This document shows, piece by piece, positions 8,902 to 18,806 of a stretch of 64,000 nt of DNA. Location of the stretch: the IMG/VR virus record IMGVR_UViG_3300025401_000648, one strand, 5' to 3'. The notes under the pieces are model-generated. The model was not told where the DNA came from, searched no databases, and was given only the letters and a program-made list of their open reading frames with translations. A program made the position numbers and the translations under genes. Origin of the DNA: a virus (Duplodnaviria > Caudoviricetes). Position 1 is the first letter of the stretch, and each line of letters starts with the position of its first letter.

Positions 8902-9116
8902 AAGAACGGCATCTGCGTTTCTTTAGCCGTTTTTAAATTATCTTCAATTATCTTAGTGGCAATTTTTCTTTCATCAGGAGTCATCATATGACTCTCTGTG
9001 TAACTTAGGCCGCCTCGCATATACCAACAAATTCTTAAAAGTTCTTCTTTTAAGGCTTCTGTATCTTGTTCTAACCCCTTGACTAGTTTGTTGAGGCCGT
9101 CAAGGTCTAGATACAA
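8898..9116 (-). CDS. Baseplate hub assembly protein, gp51-like
   Basis: 72 aa, GGLSYTESHMMTPDER motif, directly downstream of the gp26-like gene. Confidence 0.5.
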   Translation of the reverse strand: MYLDLDGLNKLVKGLEQDTEALKEELLRICWYMRGGLSYTESHMMTPDERKIATKIIEDNLKTAKETQMPFF

Positions 9117-9121
9117 AAGCC

Positions 9122-9985
9122 TTACCCGAAAAAAGTTGAAGCGTCGAATGTTAGTGGTACTTCAACAGTGTCACCAGTAATGCCCTTTTCTCTCATTTCA
9201 TCCGTAACTTCAACAGTCATTGGTTTTAATGAGTTGTTTACTCTAAGTTCGTTGAGATGATCCTGTATCTTGTTGAATGTGTTCTTATCTATGTTGTCAA
9301 TAAATTCTTTGATGGTGTCAGGATCGCTAACACTGCCATGTGGTGAATCAATCCTATACACACTCTTGGACACAACACCTATGGTAGATTCAGTTAATTT
9401 CTTAAAACTTTCTTTAAACATCTTGATCTTATCGTCTTCAGAGATCGAATCGTTGTTGGCCAGTTGAATTATTTTTTGTGTTTCAAAAGTCTGTAGAGCA
9501 GTTTCTGTCATCTGACGATAGATCAAAGGTTTAACAAACACTGTTAGTTCATTGCTAACTTCTACGGCACTATCCCATTTAATCTGTCTACGTAGGTCGT
9601 CTAGTATTACTCTTAGATCCGCTTGATACTCCATTTCAACATCGCCGCCAAATGTAACTGGCGTGTTCATGAACTCACCGTAGGTAGACAATCTTATGGC
9701 AATTAGTATAACATCCATGTCAATGCTGGGTATCTCCCAGGCATTTTTAATATTTGGAATACAACTTTCCACAACATCCACAATGGCCTGTCCATTCATT
9801 AAAGCATCTGGCACATTGAGCAATAACTCATCTTTGGCAGTCATGGAATAAACTGCCAATTCTCCATTGTCAGGCATTTCCAAAGCTCCGGGTGCCCAGT
9901 ATTCCCCATTACTGGGCAATTTAATGTAGATCTTAGGCTGTCTCATATACATTGCCAAGGGGTTGAATGTGGTGCTACGGTCCAT
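9122..9985 (-). CDS. gp26: Baseplate hub subunit, gp26-like
   Basis: NPL..YMRQPKIYIKLPS.G, MTAKDELLL..PDALMNG, DMD.ILIAIR..TYGE, typical of T4-like gp26. Confidence 0.75.
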   Translation of the reverse strand: MDRSTTFNPLAMYMRQPKIYIKLPSNGEYWAPGALEMPDNGELAVYSMTAKDELLLNVPDALMNGQAIVDVVESCIPNIKNAWEIPSIDMDVILIAIRLSTYGEFMNTPVTFGGDVEMEYQADLRVILDDLRRQIKWDSAVEVSNELTVFVKPLIYRQMTETALQTFETQKIIQLANNDSISEDDKIKMFKESFKKLTESTIGVVSKSVYRIDSPHGSVSDPDTIKEFIDNIDKNTFNKIQDHLNELRVNNSLKPMTVEVTDEMREKGITGDTVEVPLTFDASTFFG

Positions 9986-10068
9986 GGTTTTTCTCCGAAT
10001 AAATAAGTTTAAGATAAAAGGTTATCTTCTTTTTAGTATTTATATACGCAGAAAACCCTGGATAAACA

Positions 10069-12468
10069 ATGGCAGACGTGTACGGCCGAATAGGCAATGA
10101 AGAAGTAGAATTAAACAATGCCGCTACCGAGGCCACGCTGAAGGCTCTGTTGGCAGCCACAGCCACATCAAACATAGAACAGCTGGCAACTTTAAGAACG
10201 CTGGCAAACAAGTCTGGAGTAGCAAAATCTACCACTGACGAAGCTCTTGGGCAAATTAAAAATGTAGGCAGTGCTTCGAGTCAAACCACTGTGGGTATGA
10301 AGCTCTTGGGCGATGCGGTGGATAACGCATGGCAAGCAACTAAACAAACATATAGACAAGTGGAAGCGCTGGGTGCCAAGATGGCTGACGGTACTGCTAA
10401 GACTTCTGATGTATTTGATGCTCTTGCCAAATTGCCTGGACCATTAGGCGCAGTAGCTGAGTTATTTGGAAAAATAGCCAGTTTTCAAGAAACTAATTTA
10501 GACACATATCAAAAAATATCTGCTTCGGGTGTTAATTTCAGTGGCAGTTTGGATGACATGCGAATAGCACAGGCCAAATCCTATCTAACACTTGAACAAT
10601 TTACCTCTACTATTCAAAATAATCAAGAAGCGTTTGCTAGGATTGGCGGTAATGTCAATGATGGTGCTACGGCGTTTTTTAATTTTAGTAATAGTTTTAT
10701 CAAAAGTGATTTTGGACAAAATCTAAGAGCCCTAGGTTATACATTTCAAGAATTAACTGACAACGAATTAACATACATGCAGATTCGAGGTGGAGTAAGT
10801 AAAGCTGAATTAGCCAGCAAGGATGCCATGTATGCTGTTGCTGAAGGTACACACGCTTATATCCAAGAGCAAGCCATACTCACTGAACTAACAGGCAAAA
10901 ATAGAAAGCAGTTAGAAGATGAACAGAAAAAAATCGCTCAGCAAGAAGCGTTCCAAGCACATTTGACCCAGTTAAGATTAACTGGTGAAAGTGAAAGAGC
11001 ACAAGCGGATAAAGAATTAGCTTTGGTGCGTTCACAAACATCACAATATGGTGAAGAAGCTGGGTTGAACATGATGGCATTGACCATGAACCTAGCACCA
11101 GTGACAAAAGGTCTTCAACTTTTTGCTGGTGTAAATGCCAGTTTCTACGCAGAGCAACGTAGACAAGCGGCGCTAGCCAGAGATAGAAATATCAGCGAAG
11201 CAGAACTGCTAAAACAATCGCATGCTGCAGGCTACTATCTAGCTGAAACTGCTAAAAATATGGGGGAAAATGCCTTTTATCAATCATTGGCTAATACAGA
11301 GTTGGCACCAGCTGTCAATGCAGGTCTTAAACAACAAGTAATAGCACTAAACAACAACCTAACTGCTCATGAACATTGGTTAGATCGAGGTGGTGAGATT
11401 GCTGATAAGAACGATAAAGCCGCCAGCAGTCAAGCAGCCGCGGCCGCAAAAACTCAACAAAAAATGAACGAGGCCAACCAAGAGGTTGTAAAATCCCTAG
11501 TTTTACTTAATGAAAAAATAGAGCCAACATTCAATAGTTTATTTCAAGCCATACAAGAAAGATTTGTCAAAGCACTAGATGACGCTACACCAAAAATAGC
11601 CGCAGCCATTGATTGGGTATTTCAGCATGGACAAGCATTAAAGCATCTAACAGAGGAAGTGGGATTGGCCTACCTAGCATGGAAAGCATTTAACATAGCC
11701 AGTGCTGTAAAATCAGCAGGTGGCGGATTAGGTGGACTAGCCAATGCCGCATTAGAACGCGGTACTTTTGCCAATCCCATGTGGGTGGCAATTAGGGAAG
11801 GGTTTAAACCTGGGGGTGGTGTTCCAACACCAGAAGGTGGTGGAGGTGGCAGTTCTGAAAACAAACCTAAGAGTAGATTTAATAAAGGCAGACTAGGTAG
11901 TGTAGGGATTGGCTCAGCTTTAGGAATATACGGCGGATATGAAGAAAGTAATGCTATCGAGGAAGCAAGAAAACAAAAACAAATTGATGATGCTGAAGCA
12001 GCCAGACAACAAAATCGTAATAGAGTAGGAACTGGATTAGAAGTAGGATTATACACCGCCGCTGCACTTCTAGCTCCCGAAACTTTTGGATTATCCTTGT
12101 TATTACCCTTATTAGCAGGACCGTTGGGTAGAATAATTGGCGAAACTGCTTATGATCAATTTGATCCAGCAAAGGTCAAAACACCAGAAGGTAAAGCATC
12201 GGGCGGTCCAATAAATCCCGGATCTTATCTAGTTGGTGAAAAAGGCCCAGAAATTATATCTACTAACAGCAGTGGTAACGTGATTACCAACGAAAATTTA
12301 ACAGCAATGATAGAATCGAGCATAGGCCAGAAAGCTATTGGAGAATCACTAAAACAGTTAAATATCATTATGAATGATATTCGGTCTCTTATGAGAGAAA
12401 CTGTAGACAATACTGATAGACAGATATCTGAATTAAAAAATCTAAGTGGCAATCAAATGCCACATTAA
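10069..12468 (+). CDS. Tape measure-like protein
   Basis: Ala/Gln-rich helical 799 aa with hydrophobic Gly-rich segments and the C-terminal ASGG...YLVGEKGPEII motif common in tape measures; divergent from gp26. Confidence 0.7.
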   Translation: MADVYGRIGNEEVELNNAATEATLKALLAATATSNIEQLATLRTLANKSGVAKSTTDEALGQIKNVGSASSQTTVGMKLLGDAVDNAWQATKQTYRQVEALGAKMADGTAKTSDVFDALAKLPGPLGAVAELFGKIASFQETNLDTYQKISASGVNFSGSLDDMRIAQAKSYLTLEQFTSTIQNNQEAFARIGGNVNDGATAFFNFSNSFIKSDFGQNLRALGYTFQELTDNELTYMQIRGGVSKAELASKDAMYAVAEGTHAYIQEQAILTELTGKNRKQLEDEQKKIAQQEAFQAHLTQLRLTGESERAQADKELALVRSQTSQYGEEAGLNMMALTMNLAPVTKGLQLFAGVNASFYAEQRRQAALARDRNISEAELLKQSHAAGYYLAETAKNMGENAFYQSLANTELAPAVNAGLKQQVIALNNNLTAHEHWLDRGGEIADKNDKAASSQAAAAAKTQQKMNEANQEVVKSLVLLNEKIEPTFNSLFQAIQERFVKALDDATPKIAAAIDWVFQHGQALKHLTEEVGLAYLAWKAFNIASAVKSAGGGLGGLANAALERGTFANPMWVAIREGFKPGGGVPTPEGGGGGSSENKPKSRFNKGRLGSVGIGSALGIYGGYEESNAIEEARKQKQIDDAEAARQQNRNRVGTGLEVGLYTAAALLAPETFGLSLLLPLLAGPLGRIIGETAYDQFDPAKVKTPEGKASGGPINPGSYLVGEKGPEIISTNSSGNVITNENLTAMIESSIGQKAIGESLKQLNIIMNDIRSLMRETVDNTDRQISELKNLSGNQMPH

Positions 12469-12500
12469 GTAGGCCTACATATTATTAAAGGAGCGTTGAT

Positions 12501-14240
12501 TTGAGCTGGAAAAAATACTTTACCCCTGTAAATCTTTCAGGCAAACTTAGCCCTGTGAGTGGTAGCATGAGTACAGCGGGTAGCAGTAACCCTAGCCGTA
12601 CCAATTACAGCAGTTATCTTCCTGATGTGTATGCTGGACATCCTAATCGTTTAGAGCGTTACGGACAGTATGATACAATGGACAGCGACAGTGAAGTCAA
12701 TGCCGCCTTTGATATTTTGGCTGAATTCTGTAGTCAAACCAACGAAGAAAACGGTACACCATTCCAGATCTATTTTAAAGATCAAGCAACAAATACTGAA
12801 GTTAAGATTATTAAAAAATACCTACAACAGTGGTGTAAGTTAAACAAATTCCCTGTTCGTATTTTTAAAATTGTACGCAATGCCTTCAAGTATGGCGATA
12901 GTTTCTTTGTTCGTGACCCAGAAACACAGGCTTGGATGTATGTGGATCCTGCCAAGGTAGACAAGATTATTGTTAATGAAAGTGAAGGTAAGAAGCCTGA
13001 GCAATATCACATCCGTGACTTCAATCCTAACTTTGAAACACTGGCCACAACTGCTATTCAACCCAGCAATGTCAACGGCGGCGGCAGTCAATTTGGCGGT
13101 TCTTATGGCACTGGACAGGGAGGCGCCGGGGGTAGTAGGGGTATGGTAGGTTCCTATCCAACCACCGCAAATAGTAGTCGATTTAGCCAAAATCAAAACC
13201 AATATGCCATAGATGCTCGTCATGTAATTCACATTTCAATGAGTGAAGGCTTGGACAGTAACTTCCCATTTGGCAACAGTTTAATGGAAAGTATCTTTAA
13301 AGTGTTCAAACAAAAAGAACTGCTAGAAGATGCTATTCTAATCTATCGTATACAACGTGCTCCAGAGCGTCGTGTGTTTTATATTGATGTGGGTAACATG
13401 CCCAGTCACTTGGCCATGAGCTTTGTTGAACGTGTTAAAAATGAAGTAAACCAACGCAGAATCCCCAGTACTACTGGCGGAAGTCAAAGTGTTATTGACG
13501 CAAGTTACAATCCACTAAGCGTCAACGAAGATTATTTCTTCCCAACCACAGCAGAAGGTCGTGGTAGTAAAGTTGAAATTCTTCCTGGTGGTACTAATTT
13601 AGGAGAAATTGATGACCTTAAGTACTTTACTAATAAACTGTTTAGAGCTTTGCGTATTCCAAGTTCTTACCTACCAACTGGTAGTGATGATGGAGGGAGC
13701 AACTTCAATGACGGACGAGTCGGGACAGCCTATATACAAGAATTACGATTCAACAAATACTGCGAACGACTACAATCGTTGATGAATGAACCGTTTGATC
13801 TTGAGTTCAAACTGTATCTACATAACAAAGGCATCAACATAGACAGCAATATTTTTGATCTTAAATTTAATCCTCCACAAAACTTTGCGAGTTATCGTCA
13901 AGCAGAAATGGATACCGCCCGTGTTAACACATTCAATACCATGGTGGCAATTCCCATGATATCCAAGAGATTTGCCTTAAAACGATTCTTGGGATTGACC
14001 ACTGAGGAAGTCACAGAAAATGAAACACTGTGGAAAGAAGAAAACATCGACGATGACACACAATTAAGTGCCAGCGCAGAACTTCGTACAGCAGGTATTA
14101 CTGCTAATGGCATGTCTGGAGATTTAAGCAGTTTAAGTGATAACACTCCTCCCCCTGAACTAGGCGATGAAAATGCTCCTACTGATGGATCGGTAAGTCC
14201 TTCTCCTGGTGGTGATGCTGGCGAAGCTCCACCTCAGTAA
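12501..14240 (+). CDS. gp20: Portal protein
   Basis: LEDAILIYRIQRAPERRVFYIDVGNMP...EDYFFP...GRGS.VEILPGG.NLGEIDD..YF..KL.RALRIP. TTG start after an AAGGAG RBS. Confidence 0.93.
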   Translation: MSWKKYFTPVNLSGKLSPVSGSMSTAGSSNPSRTNYSSYLPDVYAGHPNRLERYGQYDTMDSDSEVNAAFDILAEFCSQTNEENGTPFQIYFKDQATNTEVKIIKKYLQQWCKLNKFPVRIFKIVRNAFKYGDSFFVRDPETQAWMYVDPAKVDKIIVNESEGKKPEQYHIRDFNPNFETLATTAIQPSNVNGGGSQFGGSYGTGQGGAGGSRGMVGSYPTTANSSRFSQNQNQYAIDARHVIHISMSEGLDSNFPFGNSLMESIFKVFKQKELLEDAILIYRIQRAPERRVFYIDVGNMPSHLAMSFVERVKNEVNQRRIPSTTGGSQSVIDASYNPLSVNEDYFFPTTAEGRGSKVEILPGGTNLGEIDDLKYFTNKLFRALRIPSSYLPTGSDDGGSNFNDGRVGTAYIQELRFNKYCERLQSLMNEPFDLEFKLYLHNKGINIDSNIFDLKFNPPQNFASYRQAEMDTARVNTFNTMVAIPMISKRFALKRFLGLTTEEVTENETLWKEENIDDDTQLSASAELRTAGITANGMSGDLSSLSDNTPPPELGDENAPTDGSVSPSPGGDAGEAPPQ

Positions 14241-14257
14241 TTGATAAATACTTGACT

Positions 14258-14503
14258 ATGATACTACGAGAATTTATGTATTTTGACAAAGAACACGAGG
14301 CTCCCCAGGAGGATGATCGCTATCTAAGTCAAAATGATACCAGCATTTTAAAAGACAAAGAACTAAGAAAGACTAGATTAACACTAGGAATGCTTAACGA
14401 TTTACGCAAAGCTGGCGATGCTCGTGAGAAAGAAAAAAAGCAAGAATTGGGTTTGACTAGAAAAATGTACGCGGCTCCTCCGCCAGAAGCGGCTGCTACA
14501 TAA
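14258..14503 (+). CDS. Small hypothetical head-region protein
   Basis: ORF track starts at TTG 14252; ATG 14258 lies just after TAAATA (14245-14250). Confidence 0.6.
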   Translation: MILREFMYFDKEHEAPQEDDRYLSQNDTSILKDKELRKTRLTLGMLNDLRKAGDAREKEKKQELGLTRKMYAAPPPEAAAT

Positions 14504-14688
14504 ACGTATACTATAACTTTTTCTGTCAGAAACTAAATATTTTTGACAAAAAGATATCAAAAACAGAGTCAACTCTGTCACAAAAAGGCCAAAACGACTG
14601 ATTTTCGGCCTATTTCGCACATCTATTTTAATCTCCCTGTAAATAAAGCTATAGCAATGCCGCTAACCTAACAGGAGAATTAAAAATT

Positions 14689-15705
14689 ATGTCTACAAAA
14701 TTTGAACAACTATTAGACTATCTTGTAAACGAGGATCACGAAAAGGCTAACGAACTTTTCCATGAAATCGTTGTAGAGAAGAGTCGTGAAATTTATGAAA
14801 ACCTTATCGCTGAAGAAGATCAGGATATGGAAGAAGCCCGTGACGAAGATATGGAAGAAGCCGCTGACGAAGATATGGAAGAGTCAGCTGATGACGACAT
14901 GGAAGAAGCCTTTGACGCAGACATGGACGAGTCCGAAGATTCATACATGATGGATAGCGATGAAACTGGCGACGAAACTGACGACTTTGGTGGTGATATT
15001 TCTGCTGATGGCGACAACTTTGACGCTCCAGAGGATGACGAACACGGTCACGAAGGTCAAGAAGACAACGCAATCATGGACATCAAGAACGCCATTGCTG
15101 AACTAGAAGCTGCCTTTGCTGAATTAGAGCAAGCTCAAGGTGAAGAAGAACACGAAATGGGCATGGACGGTGATGACGACATGGACATGGACAGTGATGA
15201 CAAAGAAGATGCTGACGAAGACATGATGGGTATGATGGAAAACCGTCGTATGACACGTGAATACGTTGAGAAAGTCGGTAACGACTGGGAAAAGTCTGGT
15301 ACACAAAAAGCTCAAGGTAAGAACGTTGGTTCTGGATCTGGCGATACAGAAGGTGCCCCAGTAGAAGGCCGTAGCCCAGTAAGTTCTGGTAAAGGTAAGC
15401 CAACAACTGGTGCTGATGCTAAAAATATTGGTCAAGGCGGAGACGAAGGTCAAAGCAACACAGGTACAAGTCCAGGCAAAGTAAATCGTGGTATCACTCC
15501 AGAAAGTGGTGACAAGTTTGCTAAAGAAGCTGGTAATGTTCCAGGTGGAAAAATGGGTGTTAAGAATCTAAAGAAAGTTGGTTCTGGATATCCTAACAAC
15601 AACAAGAATCCAGGTCCAGTAGGTTCTGGCTCAGGCGACAAAGCAGGTCAAACAAGTATTGATCCAGCTACAAAACGTCAATTCTTGCCACAGCATACAA
15701 AATAA
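14689..15705 (+). CDS. Acidic prohead core-like protein
   Basis: Between portal and protease; very D/E/M-rich middle and G/K/S-rich tail; AGGAG RBS and TAAATA at 14640-14645. Confidence 0.6.
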   Translation: MSTKFEQLLDYLVNEDHEKANELFHEIVVEKSREIYENLIAEEDQDMEEARDEDMEEAADEDMEESADDDMEEAFDADMDESEDSYMMDSDETGDETDDFGGDISADGDNFDAPEDDEHGHEGQEDNAIMDIKNAIAELEAAFAELEQAQGEEEHEMGMDGDDDMDMDSDDKEDADEDMMGMMENRRMTREYVEKVGNDWEKSGTQKAQGKNVGSGSGDTEGAPVEGRSPVSSGKGKPTTGADAKNIGQGGDEGQSNTGTSPGKVNRGITPESGDKFAKEAGNVPGGKMGVKNLKKVGSGYPNNNKNPGPVGSGSGDKAGQTSIDPATKRQFLPQHTK

Positions 15706-15718
15706 TTAGAGAGACAGG

Positions 15719-16348
15719 ATGCAATATTCTTACTTACGCGAACATCTAAGTTATGATCAGGCTCAAGTAATTCTTGAGTCTGATGATAAGGACGGCAAAA
15801 ATCTTTATCTAAAAGGTATTGCCATCCAAGGTGGCATTCGTAACGCAAATCAACGTGTTTACCCAGTAGACGAAATTGATCGTGCGGTTAGTACTCTTAT
15901 GGATCAGATTAAAAATGGCTATAGTGTACTAGGTGAAGTTGATCATCCTGACGATTTAAAAGTAAATTTGGATCGTGTGTCCCATATGATAACTCAAATG
16001 TGGATGGAAGGTCCTAATGGTTATGGTAAGATGAAAATTTTACCTACACCGATGGGTAACTTAGTTCGTACTATGCTTGAAAGTGGAGTAAAACTTGGTG
16101 TTAGTTCTCGTGGTAGCGGCAATGTTAACGACATGAACGGCCATGTATCTGATTTCGAGATTATCACAGTAGACGTAGTTGCTCAACCAAGTGCGCCTGG
16201 AGCGTACCCTACTCCTGTTTATGAGCATTTGATGAATGCTCGTGGTGGGAATAGAGCGTTTAGAGTAGCGCAAGAAGTAAAAGAAGATCCAAAGGCCCAG
16301 AAATATTTGAAGGAATCATTACTTCAAATTATTAAAGGTCTAAAATAA
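15719..16348 (+). CDS. gp21: Prohead protease
   Basis: N.NQRVYP, LGEVDHP, SHMIT, GVSSRGSG, FEIITVDVVAQPSAPGAY motifs of the T4 gp21 family. Confidence 0.92.
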   Translation: MQYSYLREHLSYDQAQVILESDDKDGKNLYLKGIAIQGGIRNANQRVYPVDEIDRAVSTLMDQIKNGYSVLGEVDHPDDLKVNLDRVSHMITQMWMEGPNGYGKMKILPTPMGNLVRTMLESGVKLGVSSRGSGNVNDMNGHVSDFEIITVDVVAQPSAPGAYPTPVYEHLMNARGGNRAFRVAQEVKEDPKAQKYLKESLLQIIKGLK

Positions 16349-16364
16349 GCCCGAGGAGAAATAT

Positions 16365-17462
16365 ATGTTGGACGCATTCAAACAATTAGTAGAGTCAGGA
16401 GTAATGACAGAAGACACACGTACTGTCATTGAGTCTGCCTTTGCTGAAAAAATTAAAGAGAATCGCGAACAAGTAACCGCAGAACTTCGTGAAGAGTTTG
16501 CTCAAAAATATAACCAAGATAAAGGTGCTATTGTTGAAGCAGTCGACAAGATGTTAAGCGAGAGATTGCTCGCAGAAATGAGTGAATTGCATGAAGACAA
16601 AAAAGCTCTAGATGAAGCAAAGACAGCATATCGTACAAAGATTGCTGAAGATGCTAAGAAGCTAGAAGGATTTGTAATCACACAATTAGGAAAAGAATTG
16701 GTTGAATTCCAAGGAGACCGTAAAAAAGTATCCGAGAATTTTTCCAAGCTAGAGAGTTTTGTAGTACATGCTCTAGCAAAAGAAATTAGTGAATTTGCCG
16801 CAGACAAGAAGGACCTAGCTGAAACAAAAGTTAAGTTAGTTCGTGAAGCTAAAAACAAATTTGCTGAAATTAAACAAAACTTCATTCAACGTGCTAGTAA
16901 GGTCGTTGAAGGGACTGTTACAACCAAGTTGACATCTGAAATCAAGCAATTGAAAGAAGACATTGACAGTGCTCGTAACAATGACTTTGGTCGTAAGATC
17001 TATGAAGCATTTGCGCAGGAGTTTGCTGGTTCCTATTTAAATGAGAAATCTGAAACAAGTAAATTGTTAAAGATCATTGAAAAGAAAGAACAACAAATTG
17101 CTGAAGCCAAACAAGCCGTAGCAGAAAAAACACAACTAGTAGAATCTACACAACGCGATCTTCGTGTTACTAAAGATCTAATGGAACGTAAAGCTGTTAT
17201 GGGTGAGTTGTTAGCACCATTAGGTGCTGATAAGAGAGATATCATGAAAGAGTTGTTGGAATCCGTTCCAACAAAGAAACTAAATGAGTCTTTCGACAAA
17301 TACCTACCAGCAGTAATGGAAGGACAATCACGTAAAACAGCTCCTAAGAAAGCTATTTTAAGTGAAGGTGCTGAAGTAACTGGAAATCGTGAAGTAAAAG
17401 CCGAGGTAGGCTTAGACAATATTGTTGATATCCGCAAGTTGGCGGGATTAACAAAAATATAA
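16365..17462 (+). CDS. gp22: Prohead core scaffolding protein
   Basis: E/K-rich coiled coil of 365 aa between protease and capsid gene. Confidence 0.8.
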   Translation: MLDAFKQLVESGVMTEDTRTVIESAFAEKIKENREQVTAELREEFAQKYNQDKGAIVEAVDKMLSERLLAEMSELHEDKKALDEAKTAYRTKIAEDAKKLEGFVITQLGKELVEFQGDRKKVSENFSKLESFVVHALAKEISEFAADKKDLAETKVKLVREAKNKFAEIKQNFIQRASKVVEGTVTTKLTSEIKQLKEDIDSARNNDFGRKIYEAFAQEFAGSYLNEKSETSKLLKIIEKKEQQIAEAKQAVAEKTQLVESTQRDLRVTKDLMERKAVMGELLAPLGADKRDIMKELLESVPTKKLNESFDKYLPAVMEGQSRKTAPKKAILSEGAEVTGNREVKAEVGLDNIVDIRKLAGLTKI

Positions 17463-17478
17463 TTCAAGGAGACACAAA

Positions 17479-18657
17479 ATGTCACAACTATTAAATGAAA
17501 GATGGTCAGAGACCAAAGAAGCTCTGCTTGAAGGCCTATCTGGTACACGCCGTGCTTCTATGCAAGTTTGCTTAGAAAACACTCGTAAGTATTTGGCTGA
17601 AAGCGCAACAGCAGGCGCGACAAGCGCTGGTAACGTAGCAACACTTAACCGTGTTATTCTTCCAGTAATCCGTCGTGTTATGCCAACAGTTATTGCCAAC
17701 GAAATCATCGGTGTACAACCAATGACTGGTCCAGTTGGCCAAATTCACACATTGCGTGTTCGTTATGCTGATTCTGGCGATAACGTACAAGCTGGTGAAG
17801 AAGCATTAAGCCCATTCAAGATTGCTAGTGCTTACAGTGGTAACAACACTGACGCTACTCCAGGTGCCGCTCAAACATCATTGCTTGAAGGTCAACCAGG
17901 TAAGCGTATGAGCATTCAAATCTTGAAGAGCCCAGTTGAAGCTAAGTCACGTAAACTAAGCGCTCGCTGGACTTTTGAAGCTGCACAAGATGCACAAAGC
18001 CAACAAGGCATTGACATCGAAGCAGAAATCATGGCTGCTCTAGCACAAGAAATCACAACTGAAATTGATCAAGAAATCCTAGCTTCTCTACGTAGCTTGG
18101 CAAGTGTTGAACAAACATACGATCAAAGTTTAGTTTCTGGTACAGCAACATTCGTTGGTGACGAACATGCTGCCTTAGCTATCCAAATCAACCGTGTTGC
18201 TAACTTAATTGCTCAGCGTACACGTCGTGGTGCTGGTAACTGGGCTGTTGTTTCTAACCAAGCATTGACAATTCTACAATCTGCTACTACTAGCGCATTT
18301 GCTCGTACAACAGAAGGTACATTCGAAGCTCCTACAAACACTAAGTTTGTTGGTACATTGAATGGCGCTATGCGTGTTTATGTTGACGCATACATGACAG
18401 ACACTGGTAACGATAACAACCAAGTTCTAATTGGATACAAAGGTTCTAGCGAAGCAGATGCTGCAGCGTTCTATTGCCCATATATTCCTCTAATGAGCTC
18501 TGGTGTTGTTCTAGATCCAGCAACATTTGAGCCAGTAGTTGGCTTCCTAACACGTTACGGTTACGTAGAACTAAGCAACACTGCTTCTTCTCTAGGTAAT
18601 GCAGCTGACTACTTAGGTAAAGTTGCTATCACTAGCGCAAACGTTTCATTCCAGTAA
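17479..18657 (+). CDS. gp23: Major capsid protein
   Basis: IIGVQPMTGPVGQI, VEAKSRKLSARWT.E.AQD, EI..EIDQEI, YKG..E.DA..FYCPYIPL, FEPVVGF.TRYG. Strong RBS, followed by a terminator. Confidence 0.96.
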   Translation: MSQLLNERWSETKEALLEGLSGTRRASMQVCLENTRKYLAESATAGATSAGNVATLNRVILPVIRRVMPTVIANEIIGVQPMTGPVGQIHTLRVRYADSGDNVQAGEEALSPFKIASAYSGNNTDATPGAAQTSLLEGQPGKRMSIQILKSPVEAKSRKLSARWTFEAAQDAQSQQGIDIEAEIMAALAQEITTEIDQEILASLRSLASVEQTYDQSLVSGTATFVGDEHAALAIQINRVANLIAQRTRRGAGNWAVVSNQALTILQSATTSAFARTTEGTFEAPTNTKFVGTLNGAMRVYVDAYMTDTGNDNNQVLIGYKGSSEADAAAFYCPYIPLMSSGVVLDPATFEPVVGFLTRYGYVELSNTASSLGNAADYLGKVAITSANVSFQ

Positions 18658-18681
18658 TTCGTTACTGTTATTAAAACAAAC

Positions 18682-18706
18682 AAAAGCCCACTTAGGTGGG
18701 CTTTTT
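18682..18706 (+). terminator. Rho-independent terminator after the capsid gene
   Basis: AAAAGCCCAC-TTAG-GTGGGCTTTTT. Confidence 0.85.
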
Positions 18707-18718
18707 GTTGACTATGGG

Positions 18719-18800
18719 TAAATAATACTGTTCGCTCTTAATCGAGAGTTTATGCGGTCCCCGCCGCGTAGGCAATAGAACTGTCTATATTCAAGGAGAA
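18719..18800 (+). promoter_or_regulatory. Late promoter plus structured 5' leader
   Basis: TAAATA 18719-18724, then hairpins CTCT/AGAG, TATGCGG/CCGCGTA and ATAG/CTAT before the AAGGAG RBS. Confidence 0.5.
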
Positions 18801-18806
18801 AATAAA

